NCBI GenBank assembly: GCA_050124795.1 | Contig: JASFEO010000011.1 | Location: 1-40,154, forward strand | Origin: Candidatus Pacearchaeota archaeon | Lineage (GTDB): Archaea; Nanobdellota; Nanobdellia; Pacearchaeales; GW2011-AR1 | Direction of reading: 5' to 3' | Length of the DNA: 40,154 nt | In this document: one piece after another, positions 18,725-26,884 of the stretch | How the letters are laid out: each line of letters opens with the position of its first letter | Numbering within the stretch: position 1 is the first letter of the stretch | Notes under the pieces: generated by a model | Seen by the model: the letters and a program-made list of their open reading frames with translations, nothing else | The model's database searches: none | What the model was told of the DNA's origin: nothing | Translations under genes and position numbers: made by a program

Positions 18725-18931
18725 TTATTCTATATCTATTTTTGGTTTTTCAAGTCTTTGTTGTTTTTTGAGTCTTACTAAATATCCTGCCATTTGGTTT
18801 CTGATTTTTTTACTTGGCATTGTATTTTTTAGGATTTTTTTATTTTCTTCAAAGTTTTCAGTAAATTCAACACCCTCGCTAATTAAATTAGCTGCGGAAT
18901 TTTTGATTGTTTTTGATTTTATCTTTCCCAT
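18725..18931 (-). CDS. rps17e: 30S ribosomal protein S17e
   Basis: MGKIK.K.IK, F...FEENK, SKKIRNQMAGY. Confidence 0.95.
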   Translation of the reverse strand: MGKIKSKTIKNSAANLISEGVEFTENFEENKKILKNTMPSKKIRNQMAGYLVRLKKQQRLEKPKIDIE

Positions 18932-18956
18932 GTAAATTGAAGAGAATAATTAGTTT

Positions 18957-19922
18957 TTAAAGCTTTTCTATTGAACTTAAGTCCCTAACCGCATCAATTA
19001 AGTTCTCGATTTTTTTTAAAGGTCCGCCTAAACTCAAAATTACATATTGTAAATTCATTTCATTTGCTTTTTTAGCTGCTTTTATTATGTCTGCTTCTGC
19101 AATTCTTTTTTTGTTAAATGCAATTAGGAGTTTTTCTTTGTTGTCTTGTTTTATTCTTAATACTAAATCATTTTTATTAAAACTTTCAATATCTAAAATC
19201 TCAATTGATTTATTATTTAGGAATTCTTTTACCTTGATAAAAAACTGCTCGTTTTTCTTTGCTTCAGTTTTCTTTTTTGCAAGTTTCTTCTTTACAGGCT
19301 TCTTTTTTTCTTTTTCTTGTTTTTCATGAGAAGTTTTTTCTTTATCGAAAATATTTAATTCATCTTCTTTTGAAATTTCTTTTTGAGATTCTGTTTTAAT
19401 TTCTGTTTCTTTTTGTTCTTCAATATTTTGTTTTATTTCATTAATCATTGAATTTGGGATTTGTGTTTGAGTTTTTTCTTTTTCTTCAACTTTATTTTCT
19501 TCCTGAAACTCGCTTTCAGGAATTTTAAAAAATCTCCAGAAAATTTTATTGTTTTTTTGAAAGCCAATTGCAAAATCTTTTATTTCTCTAAGTGCAACTC
19601 TTATTGCAGGATGCTGTTTTGAATCTTCTAAGAATCTTTTTTCTTTTAATAACATGTATGCGTCTTTTTCACGGCTCTTTAAATGATGAGAATATTTTTC
19701 CAGTTGAGGTTCCTGTCCGGGTATAAAATAAATTGGCGAACTGCCGACTCTTAAATTGCTGATTTTTATTTTTCGATCACTAATTAATTCTGACAAGAAT
19801 GCTGAAGCAAATAAAATGCTTAGTCCTGTTTCATTTGCAATGTGCACAGGCAGGCTTGGACCACGTCTACGAAGTGTTTGCATTATCTTCTCTTTTAATT
19901 GTGTTGTGTCCTGACTGGGCAT
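18957..19922 (-). CDS. Hypothetical protein with N-terminal winged-HTH-like region and charged linker
   Basis: KIMQ.LR.RGPSLP..IA......LFASA.LSEL; Glu/Lys-rich middle region. Confidence 0.75.
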   Translation of the reverse strand: MPSQDTTQLKEKIMQTLRRRGPSLPVHIANETGLSILFASAFLSELISDRKIKISNLRVGSSPIYFIPGQEPQLEKYSHHLKSREKDAYMLLKEKRFLEDSKQHPAIRVALREIKDFAIGFQKNNKIFWRFFKIPESEFQEENKVEEKEKTQTQIPNSMINEIKQNIEEQKETEIKTESQKEISKEDELNIFDKEKTSHEKQEKEKKKPVKKKLAKKKTEAKKNEQFFIKVKEFLNNKSIEILDIESFNKNDLVLRIKQDNKEKLLIAFNKKRIAEADIIKAAKKANEMNLQYVILSLGGPLKKIENLIDAVRDLSSIEKL

Positions 19923-19956
19923 AAATGGAGAAGAAAAAAAGAAGTTATAAATATTT

Positions 19957-20475
19957 TTATGGCTTTACCCATTTAACTTCATAGTAAGTTATGTCGCCTT
20001 CTTCATCAACTATTGCTAAGAGAAGATTCTTTTTTGTTGAATGAGCAACTCTGTTTTTGGAAGAAAATTCATGCCAGGTTAATTGTTTTGATTCATGATC
20101 TGTGAAAATAATCCATTTTGCATGTTTTTGTCCGGGTCTTGCGCCTTTGTCGTAGACTCTGAATTCTGCTCCGAATTTTAAAGCGGTTTTTACAACATAA
20201 CCGCGTTCTCTTAAATCTTTGAATACCGGATATTTGATTTGAATTTTTTTATCAATTCTCTTGAACTTTTTTAAGAGTTCTTCAAATGACAAAATTTTTT
20301 TTCTTGATAAAATTTCCATTTTATTTTTACTGACTAAAAATAAAGTTTCTGAAAGCGAGTATTGAATTTTTTCTCCTTTTCTTTCTCCGAATGCTGATTT
20401 TTTATTAAGTGCATGCGCTTCACTAGAATTACTTGAAACAATTTCTCCTGTTAAATAAGATTTTATTTTTTCCAT
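19957..20475 (-). CDS. endA: tRNA-intron endonuclease (short, homotetramer-sized)
   Basis: DLRERGYVVKTALKFGAEFRVY (Tyr), KHA (His), RVAHSTKK (Lys), AIVDEEGDITYY. Confidence 0.95.
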   Translation of the reverse strand: MEKIKSYLTGEIVSSNSSEAHALNKKSAFGERKGEKIQYSLSETLFLVSKNKMEILSRKKILSFEELLKKFKRIDKKIQIKYPVFKDLRERGYVVKTALKFGAEFRVYDKGARPGQKHAKWIIFTDHESKQLTWHEFSSKNRVAHSTKKNLLLAIVDEEGDITYYEVKWVKP

Positions 20476-20557
20476 GTTCTGAATAAGTTAATTAGTTATT
20501 TAAATTTAGTGATTAAAAAATTTATTTGAAAAACAGTAAGATTTAAATATAACACTA

Positions 20558-20588
20558 AGTTATATTTTATATAACTAAATATATAACT
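20558..20588. promoter_or_regulatory. Inverted/direct ATATAACT repeats, putative antitoxin operator
   Basis: AGTTATAT-TTT-ATATAACT (20558-76) plus a third ATATAACT at 20581-88, directly before the antitoxin start. Confidence 0.5.
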
Positions 20589-20595
20589 TTTTAAA

Positions 20596-20802
20596 ATGAA
20601 AACAGTAAGCAGAACAAGAAAAATTGGAGGATCATTAGTAGTGACTATACCAAAAGAGATTGTTAAAGAAAAATGTCTTGGAGAAGGCGAATTAGTTACT
20701 TTTGATGTAAATAAAGTTAAATTTGATGGTTTTGGAGCACTCAAGGGAATTGGGAAATTTACAAGAAAAGAAAGAGAAGAAATGTGGAGAGAAAGAGTAT
20801 GA
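20596..20802 (+). CDS. vapB: AbrB/MazE-type antitoxin (VapB)
   Basis: RKIGGSLVVTIPKEIV...L.EG; ATGA overlap with the PIN gene. Confidence 0.9.
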   Translation: MKTVSRTRKIGGSLVVTIPKEIVKEKCLGEGELVTFDVNKVKFDGFGALKGIGKFTRKEREEMWRERV

Positions 20803-21185
20803 CTAAATATCTTATTGATTCTTCTGCATGGATAGAATATTTAGAAGGAAGTAAAAGCGGAAAAAAGGTTTGGGAGATATTAAAAGAGAGTGAAGAAATT
20901 TATTCTTTGAGTTTAATTATTTCTGAAGTTATTAGTAGTGTGAAGAGAAAAAAAGGAGATTTTAACCTGGCATTTAGGGCAATTATATCTAATTCAAAGA
21001 TATTAGAAGTAAATCCAGAAATTGCAAGAGATGCAGGATTATTTCATGCTGATATGAAAAAGAAAATAAAAAATTTTGGATTAAATGATGCTATTATTTT
21101 AGAAGCTGCAAAAAAACTTAAAGCTAAGATTATAACAAGTGACAGCCATTTTAAGGGAATGAAAAATGTAGTTTATCTTGGATAA
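20799..21185 (+). CDS. vapC: PIN-domain toxin (VapC)
   Basis: LIDSSAWIEY, E, L.DA.I..AA, ITSD.HF; true start at 20799. Confidence 0.92.
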   Translation: MTKYLIDSSAWIEYLEGSKSGKKVWEILKESEEIYSLSLIISEVISSVKRKKGDFNLAFRAIISNSKILEVNPEIARDAGLFHADMKKKIKNFGLNDAIILEAAKKLKAKIITSDSHFKGMKNVVYLG

Positions 21186-21232
21186 GTCTTAGGATAATCA
21201 GCAATTAATTCTTTTATAAAAAGTTTATAAAT

Positions 21233-21246
21233 ACGAAATATTTCGT
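21233..21246. promoter_or_regulatory. Palindromic operator ACGAAATATTTCGT (copy 1)
   Basis: Perfect 14-bp palindrome between a TTTATAAA box and the HTH_10 gene; repeated at 21941-21953. Confidence 0.65.
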
Positions 21247-21253
21247 GTTTTGT

Positions 21254-21937
21254 ATGTGGGCAATGAAAGTTAAAGTCAGAGAAAAGTGGAATCCATATAA
21301 TTATAGATGTAAAAAGTTCGGTGTGAAAATATATTTTTATAGTTTGAATAATTATAAGAAAAATGGAGGAGTTTATGTTCTTGGTTCTGGGATTGTTCAG
21401 GGGGAGGAGAAAAACAAGAAGTCGTTTTTTGCAAGTTTAAGAAAGGATAAGAAAGTTGTGAAGGTTGAATGCAATGGAGATTTTTTTATTGGGACTTACA
21501 GAGAAACTGAAATGACCGCCAAAGAGAGAGGTTTGGAACTGGCATACAGCCCTTCAATAATTCATTTGAAGCCAGTTATTTTTTATGAAGATGGATGGGA
21601 GGAATGGGAATTTGCTTCTTTTGAAAGAAGTATTTTTGAGAATATTTTGTCCAGCAAAAGAATTACCAGCGGAGATATAGAATTTAAGTTATCTTATTTT
21701 AAGGATAAAAAAATAAAGAACATAATGCCTTTGAATATTGCTCCTGAATTAACTAAAAAACAAATGGATACTTTTGCACTCGCTGTAAAAGAAGGTTATT
21801 ATGATTCCCCGCGAAAAACAGATTTGGTAAATTTATCTAAGAAGGCAGGTTCTTCCATTTCTAATTATCAGGTTCATTTAAGAAAAGCTGAGAAAAAGAT
21901 TATCCCCTTTGTCTTTGGAAATAACCTCTGCAAGTGA
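21254..21937 (+). CDS. Transcription regulator with C-terminal HTH_10 (bacterio-opsin activator-type) domain
   Basis: LTKKQ...F.LAV..GYYD.PRK..L..L...G.S.S....HLRKAEKK; start 21254 or 21263. Confidence 0.88.
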   Translation: MWAMKVKVREKWNPYNYRCKKFGVKIYFYSLNNYKKNGGVYVLGSGIVQGEEKNKKSFFASLRKDKKVVKVECNGDFFIGTYRETEMTAKERGLELAYSPSIIHLKPVIFYEDGWEEWEFASFERSIFENILSSKRITSGDIEFKLSYFKDKKIKNIMPLNIAPELTKKQMDTFALAVKEGYYDSPRKTDLVNLSKKAGSSISNYQVHLRKAEKKIIPFVFGNNLCK

Positions 21938-21940
21938 TAC

Positions 21941-21953
21941 ACGAAATATTTCG
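21941..21953. promoter_or_regulatory. Palindromic operator ACGAAATATTTCG (copy 2)
   Basis: Same core as 21233-46, located upstream of a TATA-like tract before the 21991 ORF. Confidence 0.6.
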
Positions 21954-21990
21954 CATATAAAAATATATAGTTAATTATTTCTTGAAAATT

Positions 21991-22305
21991 ATGAAGAGAA
22001 AAGAATTTAGGATAATTGAAAAAAATTACTTAGCAATGTTTTCTACTTTAGATTGGGGAGAAGGTTTTAGTAGGGATGATTGGTTAGAGATTCTTATTTT
22101 AAATAACAAATTATATAATAGTCTTGATCAAAAATATTGCTCTGCAGGATATTCTCATACTCGGAGAGGGAAAAAGATTGCAAAAAAAAGAAAACAGCTT
22201 AATTTAGAATATTACATGATTAAATCCCGTTTGGATGAGATGAAAAGGTCTTCTTTGGAAAAAGACGATTTTTTTATAGAGCATAGGCACGTTAATAGAA
22301 TTTAG
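21991..22305 (+). CDS. Hypothetical protein
   Basis: ORF of about 104 aa, no recognised motif. Confidence 0.55.
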   Translation: MKRKEFRIIEKNYLAMFSTLDWGEGFSRDDWLEILILNNKLYNSLDQKYCSAGYSHTRRGKKIAKKRKQLNLEYYMIKSRLDEMKRSSLEKDDFFIEHRHVNRI

Positions 22306-23362
22306 TGATTAAGTCTTTAATAAATAGTTTGTAATGAGGTTGTTCAAGAATCTGAATGAATTCATAATTATGTATATAGTTTTCAAATTTGGAGAAGAAT
22401 TTTTCTTCAAATTCTTTTAATTCTTTTGTGTCTTTAATTAAAACCGCTCCTAATAAATTCCAGTTTGAATTTGTTTTTATTACCCCTGTGCATTTTGGAT
22501 GTGTTGCCAGATGTTTTACTATTTCATTAATTTTCTCTCTATTAAATATTTGAAATGCAAAAAGATATGCATTGTAACCTAATAAAAATGGGTTTATGTT
22601 GATAAAGAAGTTTTCAATTATTTTGTTTTTTATTAAATTATTAATTCTATATTTAACTGCATCAGGAGAGATTTTAATTTTTGATGCAATATCTATTAAG
22701 GGTATTCTTGTATTTCCTGAGAGAGCATTTAAAATTTCTAAATCTTTTTTGTCAAAAGAAATTTTTCTATTTTTGTCTGTTAAACTAAATGTTTTTTGAA
22801 ATGATGTATCTAATTTTTTTGTATATTTGTTTAAGTTTAATTCAGGAGCAAGGTATTTTGTTGGAAGAAAATTCCATTCTTCAACAGGAATTATATCCAT
22901 ACTTACTATTCCCTTGAATTTACTTATTTGTGTGATTAGTTTATCAAAATGTTTTGAATCTTTTGCATAAACTCTTATAAAAAAATCCCAGTGAGATGAG
23001 GCAAGAACCAGTATTTGGTTTACAAAATTTATTTTTTTTAATTGTTCTATGAATTTTTCTTTTTGCAAAAGAGTCATTTTTGTTTTTATTCCAATTGAAA
23101 AAAATTCCAAACCGAGCCTGTGCATTGCTATGAATGTTGATGAGCCATTTGTAAGACCTATCTTTTCATAATTTTTCATTCGGTTGATTATGCTGTTTTT
23201 TGATAGGTTGGTTATTTTGGATAAGATCGGGAGAGTTGTTCTTGCGTTTTCTAATAGGGTTTGTATGATTAGGCGGTCTTTTTTGTCTAGTTTTATTTCT
23301 TTAGAAGTTTTTGGGATTTTTACTATCCAACCTTCTTCTTTTGTTTCTTGTTTTTTTGTCAT
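22292..23362 (-). CDS. Tandem (double) Lrp/AsnC-family transcription regulator
   Basis: Two LDKKD..I...L..N.R......A/S......S......R...L units, each followed by a RAM-like domain. Confidence 0.9.
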   Translation of the reverse strand: MTKKQETKEEGWIVKIPKTSKEIKLDKKDRLIIQTLLENARTTLPILSKITNLSKNSIINRMKNYEKIGLTNGSSTFIAMHRLGLEFFSIGIKTKMTLLQKEKFIEQLKKINFVNQILVLASSHWDFFIRVYAKDSKHFDKLITQISKFKGIVSMDIIPVEEWNFLPTKYLAPELNLNKYTKKLDTSFQKTFSLTDKNRKISFDKKDLEILNALSGNTRIPLIDIASKIKISPDAVKYRINNLIKNKIIENFFININPFLLGYNAYLFAFQIFNREKINEIVKHLATHPKCTGVIKTNSNWNLLGAVLIKDTKELKEFEEKFFSKFENYIHNYEFIQILEQPHYKLFIKDLITKFY

Positions 23363-23461
23363 ATTGGCATAAAGTCTTAGGATGTTTATAATGTTTTAGG
23401 TTTTGTGTTGTATTTGGATAAATGGTATTAAGTATTTTGGGTGCTTAGAATGATTATGAGG

Positions 23462-23908
23462 ATGCAAGATAGGAAGTGGAAGTATGTAGAAAGGAATATT
23501 AGTGGGTCTGGTCCTGTTGGAGCTGGGTTTGGAGTTTTGTCTGAAGATGTTGAGGTAGTTAGAGATTATGATTCTAAGAATATAAGTGGTAGTTCTGCTT
23601 TTGGGGCGGGGTTTGGAGTTTTGCTAGAAGAGGTTGAGGTAATTAGGCATTATGATTCTAAGAATGTTAGTGGTAGTTCTGCTTTTGGTGCAGGTTTTGG
23701 GGTTTTGTCGGAGGAAGTAGAATTAATTAGAAGTGATAACCCTAGAAATGTAAGTGGAAGTTCTGCTGCGACTTTTGGTTTTACGGTTTTGCTTGAAGAT
23801 GTTTATACTATCAGTAAATCTGAGTTATATTCTGGGTTTCGAGAAGATGCAAAAACAGGTGAGAAAAGTAAACTTGCTTTGGATCTTGAAGATGAAAAAG
23901 GATTATAG
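23462..23908 (+). CDS. Tandem-repeat peptide (4 x 28 aa), candidate multi-core RiPP precursor
   Basis: Repeats [RK]N[IV]SGSS..GAGFGVL.E[ED]VE..R at 23492, 23576, 23660 and 23744; overlaps the rSAM start; start uncertain (23441-23462). Confidence 0.75.
   Translation: MQDRKWKYVERNISGSGPVGAGFGVLSEDVEVVRDYDSKNISGSSAFGAGFGVLLEEVEVIRHYDSKNVSGSSAFGAGFGVLSEEVELIRSDNPRNVSGSSAATFGFTVLLEDVYTISKSELYSGFREDAKTGEKSKLALDLEDEKGL
23492..23827 (+). repeat. Four 84-bp coding tandem repeats
   Basis: Units keep the amino acids while differing at synonymous positions (e.g. gctgggtttgga / gcggggtttgga / gcaggttttggg). Confidence 0.85.
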
Positions 23909-25043
23909 AGAACTTTTGGAATTTCAGACTAGTGTTTTGGATTCTCTTGGAAATGGTGTTGATTCGAAAGTTTTAGCAAAAAGGACTAGGGATTTTTTGG
24001 AGGATTTTTATAAGTCTGATTCTAAAGTTCCTCAGGGTTCTGATTTCGGGTTGACGGTAAATCGCGAATGTAATCTTAGGTGTAAGCATTGTTATTATGA
24101 GGATACTCATGTGTCTGGCGAGGGGCAAAATTATGATTTGAGTGCTGAAGATATTTCTGGTGTGGTAGGGCAAGCTGTTGAGAATGGGTTTTCTCTTGTT
24201 TCTGTTATGGGTAAAGAGCCTTTATTATCTCCTGAGAAAACTAAGGTTGTTTTGGATACGGCGAAGAGGTATGGTGCGAAATCTCAGCTTTTGACGAATG
24301 GAATTTTGCTTCCAGAAAATATTTCTTGGCTGGAAAAATGTAAACCTTATTTTACAAGTATTAGTTTTGATGGATATGGGAGTGATCATGATTTTGTTAG
24401 TAGGGGTGAGGGGAATTATGAAAGGGCGAAGAGGGGGTTAGAGGTCGCTAAAGAAAATGGAATTGAAAATCTTATTGCTAGTTTTGTTGCGATGCCCCAT
24501 AATATAAATTCTTTAGATAAAATGCTTTTTGATGTTGTAGACTCTGGTGCAGATTATGCGAGTATTGGTTTTTATTTTCCGTCAAGTTTTGAGGATAAGA
24601 GTTTGTATATTAATTCAAAACAATTTTATGAGGTCTTGAAAAAGCTTGAAAATGTTCCGGAGTCTCTTAAGACAATTTCTGTTCATCTTGAGGGGAATCT
24701 TCATCCAAAATTAATTAGTAGGATTTATATGGAAGGATTTTTCAAAAATAAGGATATTGCGGTTGTTTCTGATTTTTCGCCTATGCTGGCTGTTGTGTTA
24801 AATGATAAGCCTCGGACAGTGGTTCAAACCAATATTCTTCCTATTGAATATTTTGGGATGATGCGGATGGAGGGTAATGGTGATGTTACTGATTGTCTTG
24901 GAGAGGTCTCTATTGGGAATGTAAAAGAAAAGGGTTTGATGGAACTTTATGATTTGTCGAAGAATATGTGGGCTGGGCACACGGAGAGGTTTTTTGAGAA
25001 ATTAAGAGGTGCTTTTCAAGATGCTAAAAAAGGCGAGGCTTAG
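23892..25043 (+). CDS. Radical SAM enzyme with truncated Twitch/SPASM-like C-terminus
   Basis: CNLRCKHC, GKEPLL (GGEP variant), TNG.LL, ISFDG...HD...RG.G, and GDV..C...IGNV....L.E tail. Confidence 0.92.
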   Translation: MKKDYRELLEFQTSVLDSLGNGVDSKVLAKRTRDFLEDFYKSDSKVPQGSDFGLTVNRECNLRCKHCYYEDTHVSGEGQNYDLSAEDISGVVGQAVENGFSLVSVMGKEPLLSPEKTKVVLDTAKRYGAKSQLLTNGILLPENISWLEKCKPYFTSISFDGYGSDHDFVSRGEGNYERAKRGLEVAKENGIENLIASFVAMPHNINSLDKMLFDVVDSGADYASIGFYFPSSFEDKSLYINSKQFYEVLKKLENVPESLKTISVHLEGNLHPKLISRIYMEGFFKNKDIAVVSDFSPMLAVVLNDKPRTVVQTNILPIEYFGMMRMEGNGDVTDCLGEVSIGNVKEKGLMELYDLSKNMWAGHTERFFEKLRGAFQDAKKGEA

Positions 25044-25476
25044 TGATGTTGAGGAAATTAGTTTATTCATAAGAAATGTGATTTCTTCTGCGAATTATAA
25101 AAATTATTCTTCTTCGCAAATTGAATTTTGGTTGAGCCAGAATACTTCAGAAAAGGTGAGGGAATTTTTGAAGAAGGGGAATTCTTGTTTTCTTCTTGAG
25201 GATTTTGGGGTTTGTGCGTGGAATAAGGTGATTTCTAGGATAACTGGGTTTTATGTTTCTCCGGAATTTCAGAGAAAAGGATTTGGAACTCAGTTGATGA
25301 GTAAGGTTTGTGATGAATTGGAAACTGAGAATTCTAAGTTAGTTGTTCAAGCTGCTCTTGGGACGGAAGGGTTTTATGAAAAAAATGGGTTTGAGGGTTT
25401 TGGTTTGGATGAGATAAGGTCTGGGGATATTATTTTTCCTTATAGGAAGATGGTTAAAGAATTGTTTTTACATTAA
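25021..25476 (+). CDS. GNAT N-acetyltransferase
   Basis: FYVSPEFQRKGFGTQL acetyl-CoA motif, A...GFYEKNGF; overlaps the rSAM stop. Confidence 0.92.
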   Translation: MLKKARLSDVEEISLFIRNVISSANYKNYSSSQIEFWLSQNTSEKVREFLKKGNSCFLLEDFGVCAWNKVISRITGFYVSPEFQRKGFGTQLMSKVCDELETENSKLVVQAALGTEGFYEKNGFEGFGLDEIRSGDIIFPYRKMVKELFLH

Positions 25477-26204
25477 ATCAAAACAACTCCAACTAAGATT
25501 ATCCCAAGAATTAAAAATCCTATTTGAATTAATTTTTTCTTTAAGTCTTTTTCTTTGTGAAGTTCAGGGAATAAATCTGAAATTGCAATATAGATAAATC
25601 CTCCTGCTGCAATTGCTATTATATATGGAGTTAGGTTTTGCACATTTGATAAAGCAAAATATCCAATTAATGCGCCGAGGATTGCAGTTGTTGCTGAAAG
25701 GAAATTGTAAAATAATGCTTTTGTTTTGCTGAATCCTCCGTGAACTAATACTGCAAAGTCGCCGATTTCCTGGGGGATTTCGTGAAAGATTATTGCAATG
25801 CTAACTGCAATTCCTGAAGGGATGCTAATTAAAAATCCTGAAGCAATGATTATTCCGTCGAGAAAGTTGTGAATTGCGTCGCCAATTAAGTTTAAGTAAA
25901 CATAAGGGTGAAGACAGCCTTCGCAGGTTCCACTATGGTCGTGGTGCCAGTGAATTAATGATTCCAGGACAAAGAAAAATAAAATTCCAATAATTATAAA
26001 ATAATAATTCTGCAGTTCTTCAAAACTTTCAGGAATTAAATCAAAGAACACGGTTGCGAGCATTGTTCCTGCTGCAAATGCCACGAGTATCATTAAGAAT
26101 TTTTGAAAAAACTTTTTGCGGTTTATAAGAAATAAAATTCCTGTGAAGGAAATTAAACTTACAATTATTACTGAATATAAAGTGTAAAGCAATTCCTCTT
26201 TCAT
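25473..26204 (-). CDS. ZIP-family zinc transporter
   Basis: AFAAG.ML, HWHHDH, GDAIHNFLDG, HEIPQEIGDF, GGFIYIA.SDL.PEL. Confidence 0.93.
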   Translation of the reverse strand: MKEELLYTLYSVIIVSLISFTGILFLINRKKFFQKFLMILVAFAAGTMLATVFFDLIPESFEELQNYYFIIIGILFFFVLESLIHWHHDHSGTCEGCLHPYVYLNLIGDAIHNFLDGIIIASGFLISIPSGIAVSIAIIFHEIPQEIGDFAVLVHGGFSKTKALFYNFLSATTAILGALIGYFALSNVQNLTPYIIAIAAGGFIYIAISDLFPELHKEKDLKKKLIQIGFLILGIILVGVVLI

Positions 26205-26254
26205 GGATTAATAAAAATGCATAGTTATTTAAAGATTTTGAAATTTGAAAATTT

Positions 26255-26860
26255 ATGAAAGTTTATTTTGCATCGAGTAATAAATCCAAGATAGAAAGAA
26301 TGAAGAAGATTTTTTCTATTGTTAATCCTGAAATAGTTGTTAAGAGAGTTCCTGAATTAGTTGATGTTGAAGAGAATGGGAGAAATGTTTTGGAAAATTC
26401 TTTGCAGAAAGTTTTGCCTTACAAAGATAAATATAATTGTCCGGTAATTTCAGGAGATACTGCAATATTTTTTGGAGGTGAAGATTTTGATCCTACGCAT
26501 ATAAAGAGGATTTGTCTGAATGGAGAAGATGAATCAAAACTTACCCAGAAAGAAATTGCTGAGAAGTTTAAAAATTTTTATGTTAGTCTTGCGAAAAAAT
26601 ATGGAGGAAGAAAAGATTTTTATTTTGAGGATGGCTGGTCTGTTTTGTTTCCTGATGGAGAGATTAAGCAAATTAGGTATAAAAGAGAATATGTTTTGAC
26701 TGATAAACTTCAGGGTGAATTGAATGTTTATTTCCCATTGAGGTCGTTTTATCTTGTGAAGGTAACTGGGAAAAATGTTTTTGAACAGACGGAAGAAGAT
26801 TGGTTAGAAGAGTTTAAGCCTCAGATTGAGGGTTTTGGGAAGTTATTTGAAAAATTTTAA
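26255..26860 (+). CDS. Ham1/ITPase-like non-canonical purine NTP pyrophosphatase
   Basis: YFASSN.SK, VEENG....EN...K, PVISGDT. Confidence 0.7.
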   Translation: MKVYFASSNKSKIERMKKIFSIVNPEIVVKRVPELVDVEENGRNVLENSLQKVLPYKDKYNCPVISGDTAIFFGGEDFDPTHIKRICLNGEDESKLTQKEIAEKFKNFYVSLAKKYGGRKDFYFEDGWSVLFPDGEIKQIRYKREYVLTDKLQGELNVYFPLRSFYLVKVTGKNVFEQTEEDWLEEFKPQIEGFGKLFEKF

Positions 26861-26884
26861 ATAAGGAGTTTATTTAATTTTAAT

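Noticed and set aside
23492-23827. 84-bp repeats as a CRISPR array
   Set aside because: The repeats are contiguous, in frame, vary at synonymous sites and have no unique spacers; no cas genes are in the window.
23754-23891. ORF-track N-terminal extension of the radical SAM protein
   Set aside because: It overlaps the repeat peptide in another frame; ATG 23892 gives a typical short overlap.
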